Positions 17,616 to 27,316 of a stretch of DNA of 64,000 nt are shown in pieces (within the stretch, counting starts at the first letter, position 1; each line of letters opens with the position of its first letter). This DNA comes from an uncultured Desulfobacteraceae bacterium (lineage in GTDB: Bacteria; Desulfobacterota; Desulfobacteria; Desulfobacterales; SKZT01), in the NCBI GenBank assembly GCA_964478625.1, contig CAYZJH010000001.1:140588-204587 (forward strand), read 5' to 3'. A program made the position numbers and the translations under genes. The notes beneath the pieces were generated by a model, which saw nothing but the letters and a program-made list of their open reading frames with translations, made no database searches and was not told the DNA's origin.

Positions 17616-19220
17616 TTATCTCTGATCACAGACTCCGCACATGGAACAGGACCCATGATTCGGGCAAGGTGGCGACGTTTTTTCATTCAATGCCCGACGA
17701 TATTCTTTTAGAAGAAAAGATTTATCAATTCCATGATCAATAAAATCCCAGGGGAATAGTTCATCATCATACCGTTTTCTGAGCGTATAGAAATCGGGAT
17801 TTAAAGATGATTCCTTGAAGGTTTTCGGCCAATTTCCGTCATTTTCCACGGCTTGGGCAATCAATACGGATATTTTGCGGTCTCCTCTGGAAAATAATCC
17901 CTGTATAAATGCCCATCGTGGTATGTCGGAATGTATCTTAATATTTGAAACCTTCCTTAGCCCATTTTTAACGATTCTAATTTTTTTCTTTAAGGTCGCA
18001 ACAGTGTCCATGGCGACCCATTGAAATGGTGTTGCCGGTTTAGGAACAAATGAATTCAAGCTGACCGTGATCTCTCCGATACGCTTTTTGGGCCTGCTGA
18101 ATTTTAAAAAAATATGCTTAATTTTTTTGCACATATTTACAATGGCTTCTACATCCTCCATGGTTTCATTCGGAAGTCCTACCATGAAATACAGTTTTAA
18201 ATTGGGGATTCCCGCAGCCACAAGAGTTTCAACAGAAGAATAGATTTGGTCTGAAGAGATCCCTTTGTTAATAATATTGAGCATTCTTTCTGAACCTGCG
18301 TCTGGGGCGATGGTCGCCGTTTTTATACGGCTTTTTCTCAAAAATCGAATAAGTCCGTCAGAGAGTGAATCCACCCTGAGCGAACTAAATGACAATTGCA
18401 AATTTTTCTCACCGGCAAGAGCACAAAGTTTTTCAATGTCAGGATGGTCGGAGATCGCAGCTCCCATAAGCCCAACTTGTTTGGAAACACAAGCGCCGGT
18501 TGCCATATCTTCAGCCAAAAGATTAAAAGGCCTAAACCGCGGGGGTCTGTATAAAAATCCTGCGCTACAAAACCGGCAACCGCGGGCACATCCTCTGGAC
18601 ACTTCTATTAAAAAGGATTCCGCGAAAGTCGTATCACGGGTCAATAATGTGGTGGTTGTCGAAAATTCAGAAAGATCATTAATGCGGATCTTTGGTACTT
18701 TTTTGGGAACATCTTCTATCGGATAAAATTCGGAAAGCGTTCCATTGTCATGATAGCCGACTTTGTAAAAGGCCGGAACATAGATTCCCGGAACATATCG
18801 ACCTATTTTAATCATGCACTCATGCCGACTTTCTGCCGGATCATAGAATTTAAAAAATTCATCCAGCATTCCTTCGGATTCGCCCAGGAAAAAAAGGTCG
18901 AAAAAGGGGGCGATCGGCTCAGGATTTGAAAAACATGCTACACCGCCCCCGACAATGAGAGGATGGTTATCGGACCTGTGGTCCGATAACCAGGGAATCC
19001 CGCTAGAACGAAGAATAGTTAAAATATTTGGAAAATCATTTTCAAAAGATATGGAAAAGGCAACAATATCAAAGTCTTTGAAAATTCTTCCCGACTCCGC
19101 CGACACTGGTTTTCTGGGTCTTAAGGAATGTTCGGGTAAAAAACCTCTTTCACATACCACATGGTCCATCCGGTTAAGTTGCGCATAAACCGTCTGAAAA
19201 CCCAGATTACTCATTCCCAA
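17616..19220 (-). CDS. B12-binding-domain-like radical SAM protein (TIGR03960-like family as I recall it). The true 5' end is probably upstream of 19220.
   Basis: 534 aa from a TTG. Motifs GMSNLGFQTVY and the radical SAM cluster motif VSRGCARGCRFCSAG. C-terminal Cys cluster CPNHGSCSMCGVC. The reading frame stays open upstream to 19331. Confidence 0.8.
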   Translation of the reverse strand: MGMSNLGFQTVYAQLNRMDHVVCERGFLPEHSLRPRKPVSAESGRIFKDFDIVAFSISFENDFPNILTILRSSGIPWLSDHRSDNHPLIVGGGVACFSNPEPIAPFFDLFFLGESEGMLDEFFKFYDPAESRHECMIKIGRYVPGIYVPAFYKVGYHDNGTLSEFYPIEDVPKKVPKIRINDLSEFSTTTTLLTRDTTFAESFLIEVSRGCARGCRFCSAGFLYRPPRFRPFNLLAEDMATGACVSKQVGLMGAAISDHPDIEKLCALAGEKNLQLSFSSLRVDSLSDGLIRFLRKSRIKTATIAPDAGSERMLNIINKGISSDQIYSSVETLVAAGIPNLKLYFMVGLPNETMEDVEAIVNMCKKIKHIFLKFSRPKKRIGEITVSLNSFVPKPATPFQWVAMDTVATLKKKIRIVKNGLRKVSNIKIHSDIPRWAFIQGLFSRGDRKISVLIAQAVENDGNWPKTFKESSLNPDFYTLRKRYDDELFPWDFIDHGIDKSFLLKEYRRALNEKTSPPCPNHGSCSMCGVCDQR

Positions 19221-19314
19221 ATGATATGAGTTGGGATAAACAAGGCAGACCGAGATCCGATTTGTCCAGGCCTTCCTGATTGCGCCGGTTTCGGAAGAAT
19301 TATGATTTCGAATC

Positions 19315-20550
19315 TTAGTCAGCTCTTCTTCTCAAAAACGTCGGAATGTCCAGGTCGTTATTGTCGATGACAAGACCTTTGTAATTTTTATATGGTGAAC
19401 CTTCTGAACCCTCCGCACCCCTTTGATTGCGGACAAATGTCGGTACATCATAATTAACCGCCCTTTCCAGGTCTGCAGGTGTAAGGTCACGAACTTTACC
19501 TCTAATTTTTCTGTCTCTGAATCTTTCGGGCATGGCTGAATCCGCATCCGTTCCAATACCCGTGGCAATAACCGTCACACGAATTTCATCACCCATGGAA
19601 TCATCCACAGCCGTACCCCATATGATATCCGCATCCTCACCCACTTCCCGGTAAATGCGGTCGGATGCCTGGGTCATCTCTTCCATTGTCAGTGAACTTG
19701 ACGAAGTAATATTCATCAGAACGCCTTTGGCTCCGGCAACAGAAATGTCTTCAAGAAGCGGATGTGAAATCGCACGTTCAGCCGCCTCAATAGCCCTGTT
19801 TTCTCCAGTAGCCACACCGATCCCCATCAAAGCGAGCCCTGCTTTCGACATGGTCTCTTTGACATCGGCAAAATCCAGATTAATTTGTCCGGGGAGCATT
19901 ATTAAGTCAGTGATCCCCTTAACCGAGTGAAGCAAAATTTCATCGGCTTTCTTAAACATGGCCAACATAGTGGAATCTTTTTCAGAAATTCCGCGAAGCC
20001 GGTCATTTGGAATGGTAATTACGGTATCAGCCACTTCCTTGAGAGCATAAATTCCATCCTCAGCCTGGCGCGACCTTTTTTTGCCCTCAAACGTAAAGGG
20101 TTTGGTCACTACCGCCACTGTGAGGATTTTTAATTCTCTGCAAATTTCAGCAATAACAGGCGCAGCACCCGTACCAGTACCCCCACCAAAACCTGCTGCG
20201 ATGAAAACCATATGGCTCCCTGACAGAGCATTTCTTATGGCTTCTTCATTTTCCAAAGCTGACTCACGACCTTTAGCAGGATTATTTCCAGCCCCCAAGC
20301 CCTCGGTCAGCCTCTCCCCCAACTGTATCTTCATTGGAGCTCTTGACTTTTGCAGCGCTTGCGCATCGGTATTTGCGGCGATAAAGTCAACACCTCTTAG
20401 GTCACTGTCAATCATATTGTCGATTGCGTTTCCACCACCTCCGCCGACCCCGATAACCTTGATTCGGGCTTGGACATCCCTTTGCCGTGTATGAGCACCA
20501 ACATACGTAAAAGATGACATATCCCCCCCTCCATTGTCGTTAATTGTCAT
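19315..20550 (-). CDS. ftsZ: Cell division GTPase FtsZ
   Basis: IKVIGVGGGGGNAIDNM and GGGTGTGAAPVIA tubulin signature. C-terminal DLDIPTFLRR peptide. I prefer the ATG at 20550, preceded by AAGGAGGAGGG. The ORF-track start at 20589 is the alternative. Confidence 0.95.
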   Translation of the reverse strand: MTINDNGGGDMSSFTYVGAHTRQRDVQARIKVIGVGGGGGNAIDNMIDSDLRGVDFIAANTDAQALQKSRAPMKIQLGERLTEGLGAGNNPAKGRESALENEEAIRNALSGSHMVFIAAGFGGGTGTGAAPVIAEICRELKILTVAVVTKPFTFEGKKRSRQAEDGIYALKEVADTVITIPNDRLRGISEKDSTMLAMFKKADEILLHSVKGITDLIMLPGQINLDFADVKETMSKAGLALMGIGVATGENRAIEAAERAISHPLLEDISVAGAKGVLMNITSSSSLTMEEMTQASDRIYREVGEDADIIWGTAVDDSMGDEIRVTVIATGIGTDADSAMPERFRDRKIRGKVRDLTPADLERAVNYDVPTFVRNQRGAEGSEGSPYKNYKGLVIDNNDLDIPTFLRRRAD

Positions 20551-20605
20551 AGTTCCCTCCTCCTTGGTTTGTTGCATCCCATTGTTCATTCTATTTTAAT
20601 AGGGT

Positions 20606-21832
20606 TTAAATAATTTCCCTGAACCATTTTTTCATTCTCGCCACCAACCTCGAAAAAATGTTTGCATCCCTGATTCTGAATTTCTGGGGATTATGATTTT
20701 TAGCCCCATACAAAAGTAACCCGACACCCGTTGCATACATGGGGTTATTCACCACATCCACTAGTCCGTTAATTCCCCGTGGCTGCCCCAGCCTTGCCGG
20801 TAAGTGAAAAACCGATTCCGCAACATCGGTAATTCCGTCTAACAGTGCAGAACCGCCCGTGATCACAACACCCGATGGAATCAGGTTTTCAACCCCCGCC
20901 CGATATATCTCTCTTCTTATCAGAGAAAATATCTCTTCGACTCTGGGTTCCATTATTTCTCCTAGAATTTGTCTAGGCAGCTTCCGGGGAGGTCTTCCAC
21001 CCATACCTGGGACCTCGATGTTTTCATCGCCTTTTATCTTCGATGCAAGGGCAGTACCATATTCCTTTTTGATCTTTTCAGCCTCTGCAATGGGTGCACG
21101 AAGTCCGATTGCAATATCATTGGTTAAATTATGCCCCCCCAAAGATAATACAAATGTATGATGGATATTTTTCCCTGAGAATATGGCCAGATCACTGGTG
21201 CCTCCACCCACATCAATCAGGGCCGTACCTAATTCTTTTTCTTCTTCCGTAAGAACCGCATCACCTGATGCCAGGGACTCTAGCACAATGTCACAGACAT
21301 CAAGTCCGGCACGGTTGGCACATTTTACAATATTATGGGCCGATGTTACCGCCCCTGTTACGATATGAATTTTGGCTTCCAGCCGCACTCCGGCCATCCC
21401 GATTGGATTGTTGATGCCGGCTTGATCATCCACTATGAATTCCTGGGGCAACACATGAATCAATTCACGATCCATTGGAATCGCAACAGCACGCGCGGCT
21501 TCAATGACACGGTCAACATCCTGCTGGGTCACTTCACGCCCTTTGATAGCGATAATACCGTGGCTGTTAAAACCTGTGATATGTCCGCCGGCAATTCCGG
21601 CATAAACCGATGATATTTCACATCCGGCCATCAATTCGGCTTCTTCAACGGCCTTCTTGATAGAATCTACTGTTGCTTCAATATTGACCACTACCCCTTT
21701 TCTCAATCCTATGGATGGATGAGTTCCAATGCCGATAATGTTGATATCACTTGGACTGACTTCACCCACAACCGCACAGATTTTTGTGGTACCTATATCA
21801 AGGCCGACGATGATATTTTCTTGTCCCTTCAA
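20606..21832 (-). CDS. ftsA: Cell division protein FtsA
   Basis: 408 aa. Actin-fold motifs VGLDIGTTKICAVVGE and IDVGGGTSDLAIF. Sits between ftsQ and ftsZ. Confidence 0.95.
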   Translation of the reverse strand: MKGQENIIVGLDIGTTKICAVVGEVSPSDINIIGIGTHPSIGLRKGVVVNIEATVDSIKKAVEEAELMAGCEISSVYAGIAGGHITGFNSHGIIAIKGREVTQQDVDRVIEAARAVAIPMDRELIHVLPQEFIVDDQAGINNPIGMAGVRLEAKIHIVTGAVTSAHNIVKCANRAGLDVCDIVLESLASGDAVLTEEEKELGTALIDVGGGTSDLAIFSGKNIHHTFVLSLGGHNLTNDIAIGLRAPIAEAEKIKKEYGTALASKIKGDENIEVPGMGGRPPRKLPRQILGEIMEPRVEEIFSLIRREIYRAGVENLIPSGVVITGGSALLDGITDVAESVFHLPARLGQPRGINGLVDVVNNPMYATGVGLLLYGAKNHNPQKFRIRDANIFSRLVARMKKWFREII

Positions 21833-21834
21833 CT

Positions 21835-22692
21835 TTACGCCTCCCCCTTTTGATTGGCTTCAAGCTCGTTCTTAACCGGGTAAACCACGATGCGATCGGG
21901 GTTTATTAAGTCGATATAATTAAAATCATAGAAACTATACTGCTCTTTTAGTTGAGCAATCACTTTTTTCAGCTGTACATATTTTGCGGAATAATTTTCA
22001 AATCCAAGTTTGATCAATTTTTCCTGATCTGAAGTGTGTAATGAAATTCCTATTTGACGATCTACAGCTATGCGTCTTATCTCCTGATTGGGAACCACGC
22101 TTTCAGGTTCCTCTCCCAGTCTGAGCACCTCCATTACCGAATTAAATCTGACACTTCCGGCATTCTGTTTCGTCCTGACGTCCGCATATGAAAGACCTGA
22201 TACCACCGGAATATTTTGATGATCATCAGGTTCCAGTCTTTTAAAAATTATTCCTTCGGTATTCAAGATAAATTTATCTCCCAAATCCAGAATCGCCAGC
22301 GGCTTATGTTCGGTTATTCTAACCGTGATGGTATCGGGAAATACAAGTCCGACCCTGGCTTCTTGAATCCATGGATTCGCCAAAAGTTTTTTCCTTGCAG
22401 TAAAGATATTAAAAGACAGTATATTCATTTTGTCCCGGATCTCCGCCTGATCCCGGACTTGCTGAGCTGAAAGCGTCTCTGCTCCCTCAATAATAACCTG
22501 TTTACATTCAAAATAGCCTGACTGGGTCATCAGGTCATGCCCGAAAATAAAAACCGCGCTCATTGCAGGCACAGAAACAATGCAAAAAATTATTTTAGAA
22601 AACAGAATGAAACGGCGTATCCTTCTGGCCCTAATGACCTCAGGGCTTTCTTTCCGCTGGTTTTTTCTGAACCTTTTGTTTCGCAACCTCAA
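21835..22692 (-). CDS. ftsQ: Cell division protein FtsQ (POTRA domain)
   Basis: 285 aa. Basic N-terminus, one TM helix, then a POTRA/FtsQ-type region (ANPWIQEARVGLVFPDTITVRITEHKPLA). Position in the dcw cluster supports the call. Confidence 0.8.
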   Translation of the reverse strand: MRLRNKRFRKNQRKESPEVIRARRIRRFILFSKIIFCIVSVPAMSAVFIFGHDLMTQSGYFECKQVIIEGAETLSAQQVRDQAEIRDKMNILSFNIFTARKKLLANPWIQEARVGLVFPDTITVRITEHKPLAILDLGDKFILNTEGIIFKRLEPDDHQNIPVVSGLSYADVRTKQNAGSVRFNSVMEVLRLGEEPESVVPNQEIRRIAVDRQIGISLHTSDQEKLIKLGFENYSAKYVQLKKVIAQLKEQYSFYDFNYIDLINPDRIVVYPVKNELEANQKGEA

Positions 22693-23633
22693 TCTCCGAT
22701 TATCCTGACTTCAGGCTCTAAAAGGATACCAAATTTTTTCCAAATGACTTCCTGAATCATTTTCATCAAATCTAAAATGTCGGCAGCGGAAGCATTTTCC
22801 CGATTGATAATAAAATTGCCGTGCTTGGTAGATATTTGCGCACCTCCAAAGGTTTTGCCTTTTAATCCGGCAATATCGATCAACTCTCCGGCTGTTTTTC
22901 CTGAAACCGGATTTTTAAAAAAACATCCCGCACTTGGATACCATGTCGGTTGACGCTGTTTTCGTCCTAATATAATTTTTCGTGCTTCTTTCCTGATTTT
23001 TGATGGATCATCAGGTACTAAAGTAAAGGAGCCGCTCACGATAACTGGATCAGAAGCTTTAATACCCACTGGGTTATCTACCCATGCCAGTTGCCGGTAT
23101 GAAAACCGCAATTTTTCTTTTAAAATATTTCTGATCTGACCATCGGGGAAAATGACCGTAACTTTTCTTAAAATATTTCCCATATCCCCAAGAAAAGTGC
23201 CTGCGTTGGTCACAATCCCTCCACCGGCAGTTCCGGGAATGCCAAGAGCAAAGTTCATTCCCGAAAGACCATTTTTTATTGCGAAACGGCACAGCCGGCT
23301 CAACGGGGTTCCGGCCATGGCCCGGACAATTCCATCGTTTGAATACTCTATAATGTGGTTGAGTTCCCCTTTTAGCACAATTATTACTCCACGAAAACCA
23401 AAATCTTTCACTAATAAATTGGTACCGTGGCCAATGATCAAAAATTTCAATCCTCGTTGCCCGAGCCCCTGAATCAATCCAACCAGTTCATTAAGGTTCC
23501 GGGAAACTACAAAAGCATCAGCAGGACCTCCCACACGAAATGATGTATGACGCGACATGGGTTCATTAAAACGGACGGAATCCTTTAAAAAACTTTGAAG
23601 CCATTTCTTTGCATCTTCATCAATTCCGGTCAA
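22689..23633 (-). CDS. murB: UDP-N-acetylenolpyruvoylglucosamine reductase
   Basis: 314 aa. FAD-binding region FRVGGPAD...IIGHGTNLLV. C-terminal AGCFFKNP and GGAQISTKHGNFIIN. Confidence 0.9.
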   Translation of the reverse strand: MTGIDEDAKKWLQSFLKDSVRFNEPMSRHTSFRVGGPADAFVVSRNLNELVGLIQGLGQRGLKFLIIGHGTNLLVKDFGFRGVIIVLKGELNHIIEYSNDGIVRAMAGTPLSRLCRFAIKNGLSGMNFALGIPGTAGGGIVTNAGTFLGDMGNILRKVTVIFPDGQIRNILKEKLRFSYRQLAWVDNPVGIKASDPVIVSGSFTLVPDDPSKIRKEARKIILGRKQRQPTWYPSAGCFFKNPVSGKTAGELIDIAGLKGKTFGGAQISTKHGNFIINRENASAADILDLMKMIQEVIWKKFGILLEPEVRIIGD

Positions 23634-24996
23634 GGGTTTTTAACACCTCCGTTCCCAACAAATGAACATCGCCTGCTCCCAGAGTCAGAATCAGATCCCC
23701 GTTTCGCAGATTGGCCTGCAAATATTGCACTGCGCTGTTAAAATCCTCCTTATAAACAACCTCACGATGGCCATGAGCCAAAATGGATTCATAAAGCCTG
23801 TAACTGTCTATATTCTCAATTTTTTTCTCGCCTGCAGCATAGATAGGCAGCACCATCACGACATCCGATTCATAAAAAGATCGTGTGAACTCTTCAAAAA
23901 GCGCCTTAGTGCGTGTATAGCGATGAGGCTGAAAAATCACGATTAACCGTTTTTCAGGCCAACACTTTTTGGCCGCCACCAGAGTTGCCTTAATTTCAGT
24001 TGGATGATGCCCATAATCATCAACAACAGTAATGCCGTTTTTCTCTCCTTTGATTTCTAACCGACGTTGAACCCCCTGATGATTTTCCAATGCATCCTTA
24101 ATTACATCAAATGATATACCCAGTTCCAACCCTACAGCCACCGCAGCCAGTGAATTCGAAACATTGTGCATACCCGGCAGATTCAGCAGGACTTTCCCCA
24201 GCATCTTGCCCATGTGGAACACCGAAAAAGTGCTTTGAAGTCCCTTAAAATCGATATTTCTTGCCTGGAAATCAGCCTGGCTGCTCATTCCATATGTTGT
24301 AAACCTTTTGCCTATTTCGGGAATAAGGGATTGCACGTGCTCGTTGTCCAGACACAATACGGCGAGTCCATAAAATGGTATCCGATGAATGAACCTTAAA
24401 AAAACATTGCGGATATCTGTTAATCCTTCATAATAATCCAAATGTTCCCGGTCAATATTAGTCACTACTGCAATGGTCGGTGACATTTTTAAAAAAGAAC
24501 CATCGCTTTCATCGGCTTCGGCCACAATATAGTCTCCTTTTCCCAATACCGCATTGGAGCCGATGCTTTTCAATTTGCCTCCGATAACTACGGTCGGATC
24601 AAGACCGCCTTTTTCAAGCACTGAAGCCACAATAGAAGTTGTGGAAGTTTTTCCATGGGCACCGGCAATAGCAACGCTATATTTGAGCCGCATCAACTCA
24701 GCGAGCATCTCGGCACGAGGAATAACAGGAACCGATGATCTCCGTGCCGCATACACCTCGGGATTTTCAACCTCTATTGCGGATGATACGACAACGACAT
24801 CGGCACCTTCAACATGCTTTTCATCATGCCCTATCTCAATCTTTCCTCCGAGTTTCTTCAACCGATCGGTTATATCCGAAGCCTTAATGTCAGAACCGGA
24901 GACCTGATACCCTAAGTTCAGGAGCAGTTCTGCAATACCGCTCATTCCGATTCCCCCTATCCCGACAAAGTGAATATGATATTTTTTAAAATACAT
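23620..24996 (-). CDS. murC: UDP-N-acetylmuramate--L-alanine ligase
   Basis: 458 aa. HFVGIGGIGMSGIAE, P-loop GAHGKTSTTS, DDYGHHPTE. Confidence 0.9.
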   Translation of the reverse strand: MYFKKYHIHFVGIGGIGMSGIAELLLNLGYQVSGSDIKASDITDRLKKLGGKIEIGHDEKHVEGADVVVVSSAIEVENPEVYAARRSSVPVIPRAEMLAELMRLKYSVAIAGAHGKTSTTSIVASVLEKGGLDPTVVIGGKLKSIGSNAVLGKGDYIVAEADESDGSFLKMSPTIAVVTNIDREHLDYYEGLTDIRNVFLRFIHRIPFYGLAVLCLDNEHVQSLIPEIGKRFTTYGMSSQADFQARNIDFKGLQSTFSVFHMGKMLGKVLLNLPGMHNVSNSLAAVAVGLELGISFDVIKDALENHQGVQRRLEIKGEKNGITVVDDYGHHPTEIKATLVAAKKCWPEKRLIVIFQPHRYTRTKALFEEFTRSFYESDVVMVLPIYAAGEKKIENIDSYRLYESILAHGHREVVYKEDFNSAVQYLQANLRNGDLILTLGAGDVHLLGTEVLKTLDRN

Positions 24997-25004
24997 CGCC
25001 CCGT

Positions 25005-26171
25005 TTAATTATCCTTTTTGATCAATCGATTCCGAAAAATCAGGTTGGTTACCCACTGTTTTATTTGCTGATATATCCCTTTTTTATTTTTGACCACCTC
25101 ACAACATTCATTGACAATGTTCCAGGCGGCATTCGGATGGCCAAGAGAGGCTGAAATCAAGGCCATCTTTTCGAGCTGTCCTCGATTTGTTGCCAGGTTC
25201 AATATTTTTTCTGACAAAATTTCACCCGTTAAATCTTTTTCAGGTATCAATTCCGCAGCTCCGGCATTGAAAAGACTCCGGGCATTTAAAACCTGATGAT
25301 TATCGGCAGCATGAGGAAACGGAATAAAAATGGCCGGTTTTCCCAATGCAGAGACTTCGGCAACAGTGGTGGCGCCAGCCCTGCAAACCACCAAATCGGC
25401 TTGTGCATAAATTTTGGCCATATCTCTAAAAAAGGCTTTGACTTGGCTGGGTATTCGGTTTTTTAAATATGCAGTCCTTACCATATCTTCGTCAGGTTCA
25501 CCGGTTTGATGAATGAAAAAAATGTTTTTGACTTCTCTTAACAATTCAAGAGCGTCCATAACAGCCAAATTGATTCCATGGGCCCCTTGACTTCCACCCA
25601 AAATCAAAACAGTGAAAAATCCATCCGGATCCTTTTTGTCAGCATCCAATATATCTTTGCGAACCGGATTTCCGGTAAATCTGATTTTTGATTTGGGCAG
25701 ATTTCCTAACGTATCTTTAAAGGATACACACACCCGATCAGCAATTCTGGATAAAAGTCGATTGGCGATTCCCGGTAAAACGTTCTGTTCACAAAGCACC
25801 ACCGGGATCCACCTCAACCATGCAGCCAGAACCACCGGTGCAGAAGAGTAACTTCCCATTCCTACCACCAGGTCGGGTTTTTCCAATTTCAAAATTCCCA
25901 TTGACTGGATAATCCCTCGAAACATTACCAGAATGGCTCGGATCTGCCGAAAAAGGCCCCGCCCTTTGAAACCTTCTGCGAATATCTTTTCTGAAACAAA
26001 CCCATATTCGGACAAAACCGAAACCTCTAAAGGCTTGCCGGTACCAACAAAAACAATCCGACTTGCGGAATTACGGTTCATGAATTCCTGGGCAACGGCA
26101 ATAGCCGGAAAAAGATGACCACCGGTTCCACCCGCCGCAAAAACGATTTTCAACGGGGTTTCCTCCGTCAT
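25005..26171 (-). CDS. murG: Undecaprenyldiphospho-muramoylpentapeptide beta-N-acetylglucosaminyltransferase
   Basis: The start is moved to the ATG at 26171 (MTEETPLKIVFAAGGTGGHLFPA), which forms an ATGA overlap with the ftsW stop. The ORF-track extension to 26309 lies inside ftsW. Confidence 0.9.
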   Translation of the reverse strand: MTEETPLKIVFAAGGTGGHLFPAIAVAQEFMNRNSASRIVFVGTGKPLEVSVLSEYGFVSEKIFAEGFKGRGLFRQIRAILVMFRGIIQSMGILKLEKPDLVVGMGSYSSAPVVLAAWLRWIPVVLCEQNVLPGIANRLLSRIADRVCVSFKDTLGNLPKSKIRFTGNPVRKDILDADKKDPDGFFTVLILGGSQGAHGINLAVMDALELLREVKNIFFIHQTGEPDEDMVRTAYLKNRIPSQVKAFFRDMAKIYAQADLVVCRAGATTVAEVSALGKPAIFIPFPHAADNHQVLNARSLFNAGAAELIPEKDLTGEILSEKILNLATNRGQLEKMALISASLGHPNAAWNIVNECCEVVKNKKGIYQQIKQWVTNLIFRNRLIKKDN

Positions 26172-27316
26172 TTTTTTGAGCCTCCGATATTCATTAAGAT
26201 ACCAATGGCAGCCATATTGAGCAAAAGTGATGTCCCCCCGTAACTTAAAAAAGGAAGAGTCAAGCCTTTTGTCGGCAACAGGCCTAATGCCACTCCCATA
26301 TTGATGCATACCTGGAGTGCAAAAGATGTCGTGATCCCGGCTGCAACCAGAGATCCGAAATAATTCTCAGCATTTCTGGCAATCATCAGCCCTCGCCAAA
26401 TAATTAAACCGTACATGACAATGATAACGACCACGCCTAGTAACCCAATTTCTTCTCCAATGACTGAAAATATAAAATCCGTGTGGGCTTCCGGAAGGTA
26501 AAACAATTTTTGATACCCCTGACCGATTCCGGCACCAAAAAGCCCCCCGGAACCAAATGCCATCAAAGAATGGATCACCTGATATCCTCCTTCCTGGGGG
26601 TACTGCCAGGGATCCCAAAAGGTCATAAGCCTGTCAAGCCGATAGGATGCCTTGATCATAATATAGCCCAGCAGTGGTACGACAAAAATTAGTGGCGTAG
26701 CCAGATGCAGCAGCTTTACCCCACCTATAAACATCATGATCCATGCAATCACCGAAAAAATAAGTATGGTTCCAAAATCAGGCTGAAAATGAAATAGAAT
26801 GCCAAATATCCCCAATACCAGTATATGAGGAACAAAACCGATATAAAAATCACGGATTTTTTCTTGCTTTTTGCACAAGGAATAGGCCATGAAAAAAATC
26901 AAAGCAAGCCTTGCGAATTCAGAAGGCTGAAAGGTGAAAGTTCCGATCCGAATCCAACGGCTGGCTCCTCCAGCCTTATAGCCTATACCGGGAATATGGA
27001 CCACAACCAGCAAAATCATGGACAAAATCAGAATAGGATAGGTTAAATGCCAATAAAGCTTAAAGGGGATGTACCGAAAAACGACTAGTGCAAAAATTCC
27101 GGCCACTGCAAATAAAGCCTGCTTACGAAGGAAAAAAAAATCACTTCCGAACTTATTCAAAGCCACAGCCGAGCTTGCACTGTAAACCATTACCATCCCG
27201 ATTCCCACTAAAAAAAGGACCGGAAACAAAAGGTGCCTGTTATCCCTAAAATCACCCGAACCGCAATGGCATGGATCTTGTAATGCAATTTTCGAAATCC
27301 TGATTCCCTTTCTCAT
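26168..27316 (-). CDS. ftsW: Peptidoglycan glycosyltransferase / lipid II flippase FtsW (SEDS family)
   Basis: 382-aa polytopic protein with SEDS-type motifs (QPSEFARL, LPEAHTDFIFSVIGEE, PTKGLTLPFLSYGGTS). Confidence 0.9.
   Translation of the reverse strand: MRKGIRISKIALQDPCHCGSGDFRDNRHLLFPVLFLVGIGMVMVYSASSAVALNKFGSDFFFLRKQALFAVAGIFALVVFRYIPFKLYWHLTYPILILSMILLVVVHIPGIGYKAGGASRWIRIGTFTFQPSEFARLALIFFMAYSLCKKQEKIRDFYIGFVPHILVLGIFGILFHFQPDFGTILIFSVIAWIMMFIGGVKLLHLATPLIFVVPLLGYIMIKASYRLDRLMTFWDPWQYPQEGGYQVIHSLMAFGSGGLFGAGIGQGYQKLFYLPEAHTDFIFSVIGEEIGLLGVVVIIVMYGLIIWRGLMIARNAENYFGSLVAAGITTSFALQVCINMGVALGLLPTKGLTLPFLSYGGTSLLLNMAAIGILMNIGGSKK

Noticed and set aside
26172-26309. N-terminal extensions offered by the ORF track. 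They affect murG to 26309, the oxidoreductase from 36532, cooF from 37931, cooS from 38542, rlmN from 48798, the KH protein to 47134, rnfG to 14640 and the SleB-like gene from 61243.
   Set aside because: Internal ATGs are preceded by strong Shine-Dalgarno sequences and match family-typical N-termini. The extensions overlap upstream genes or add non-conserved residues.
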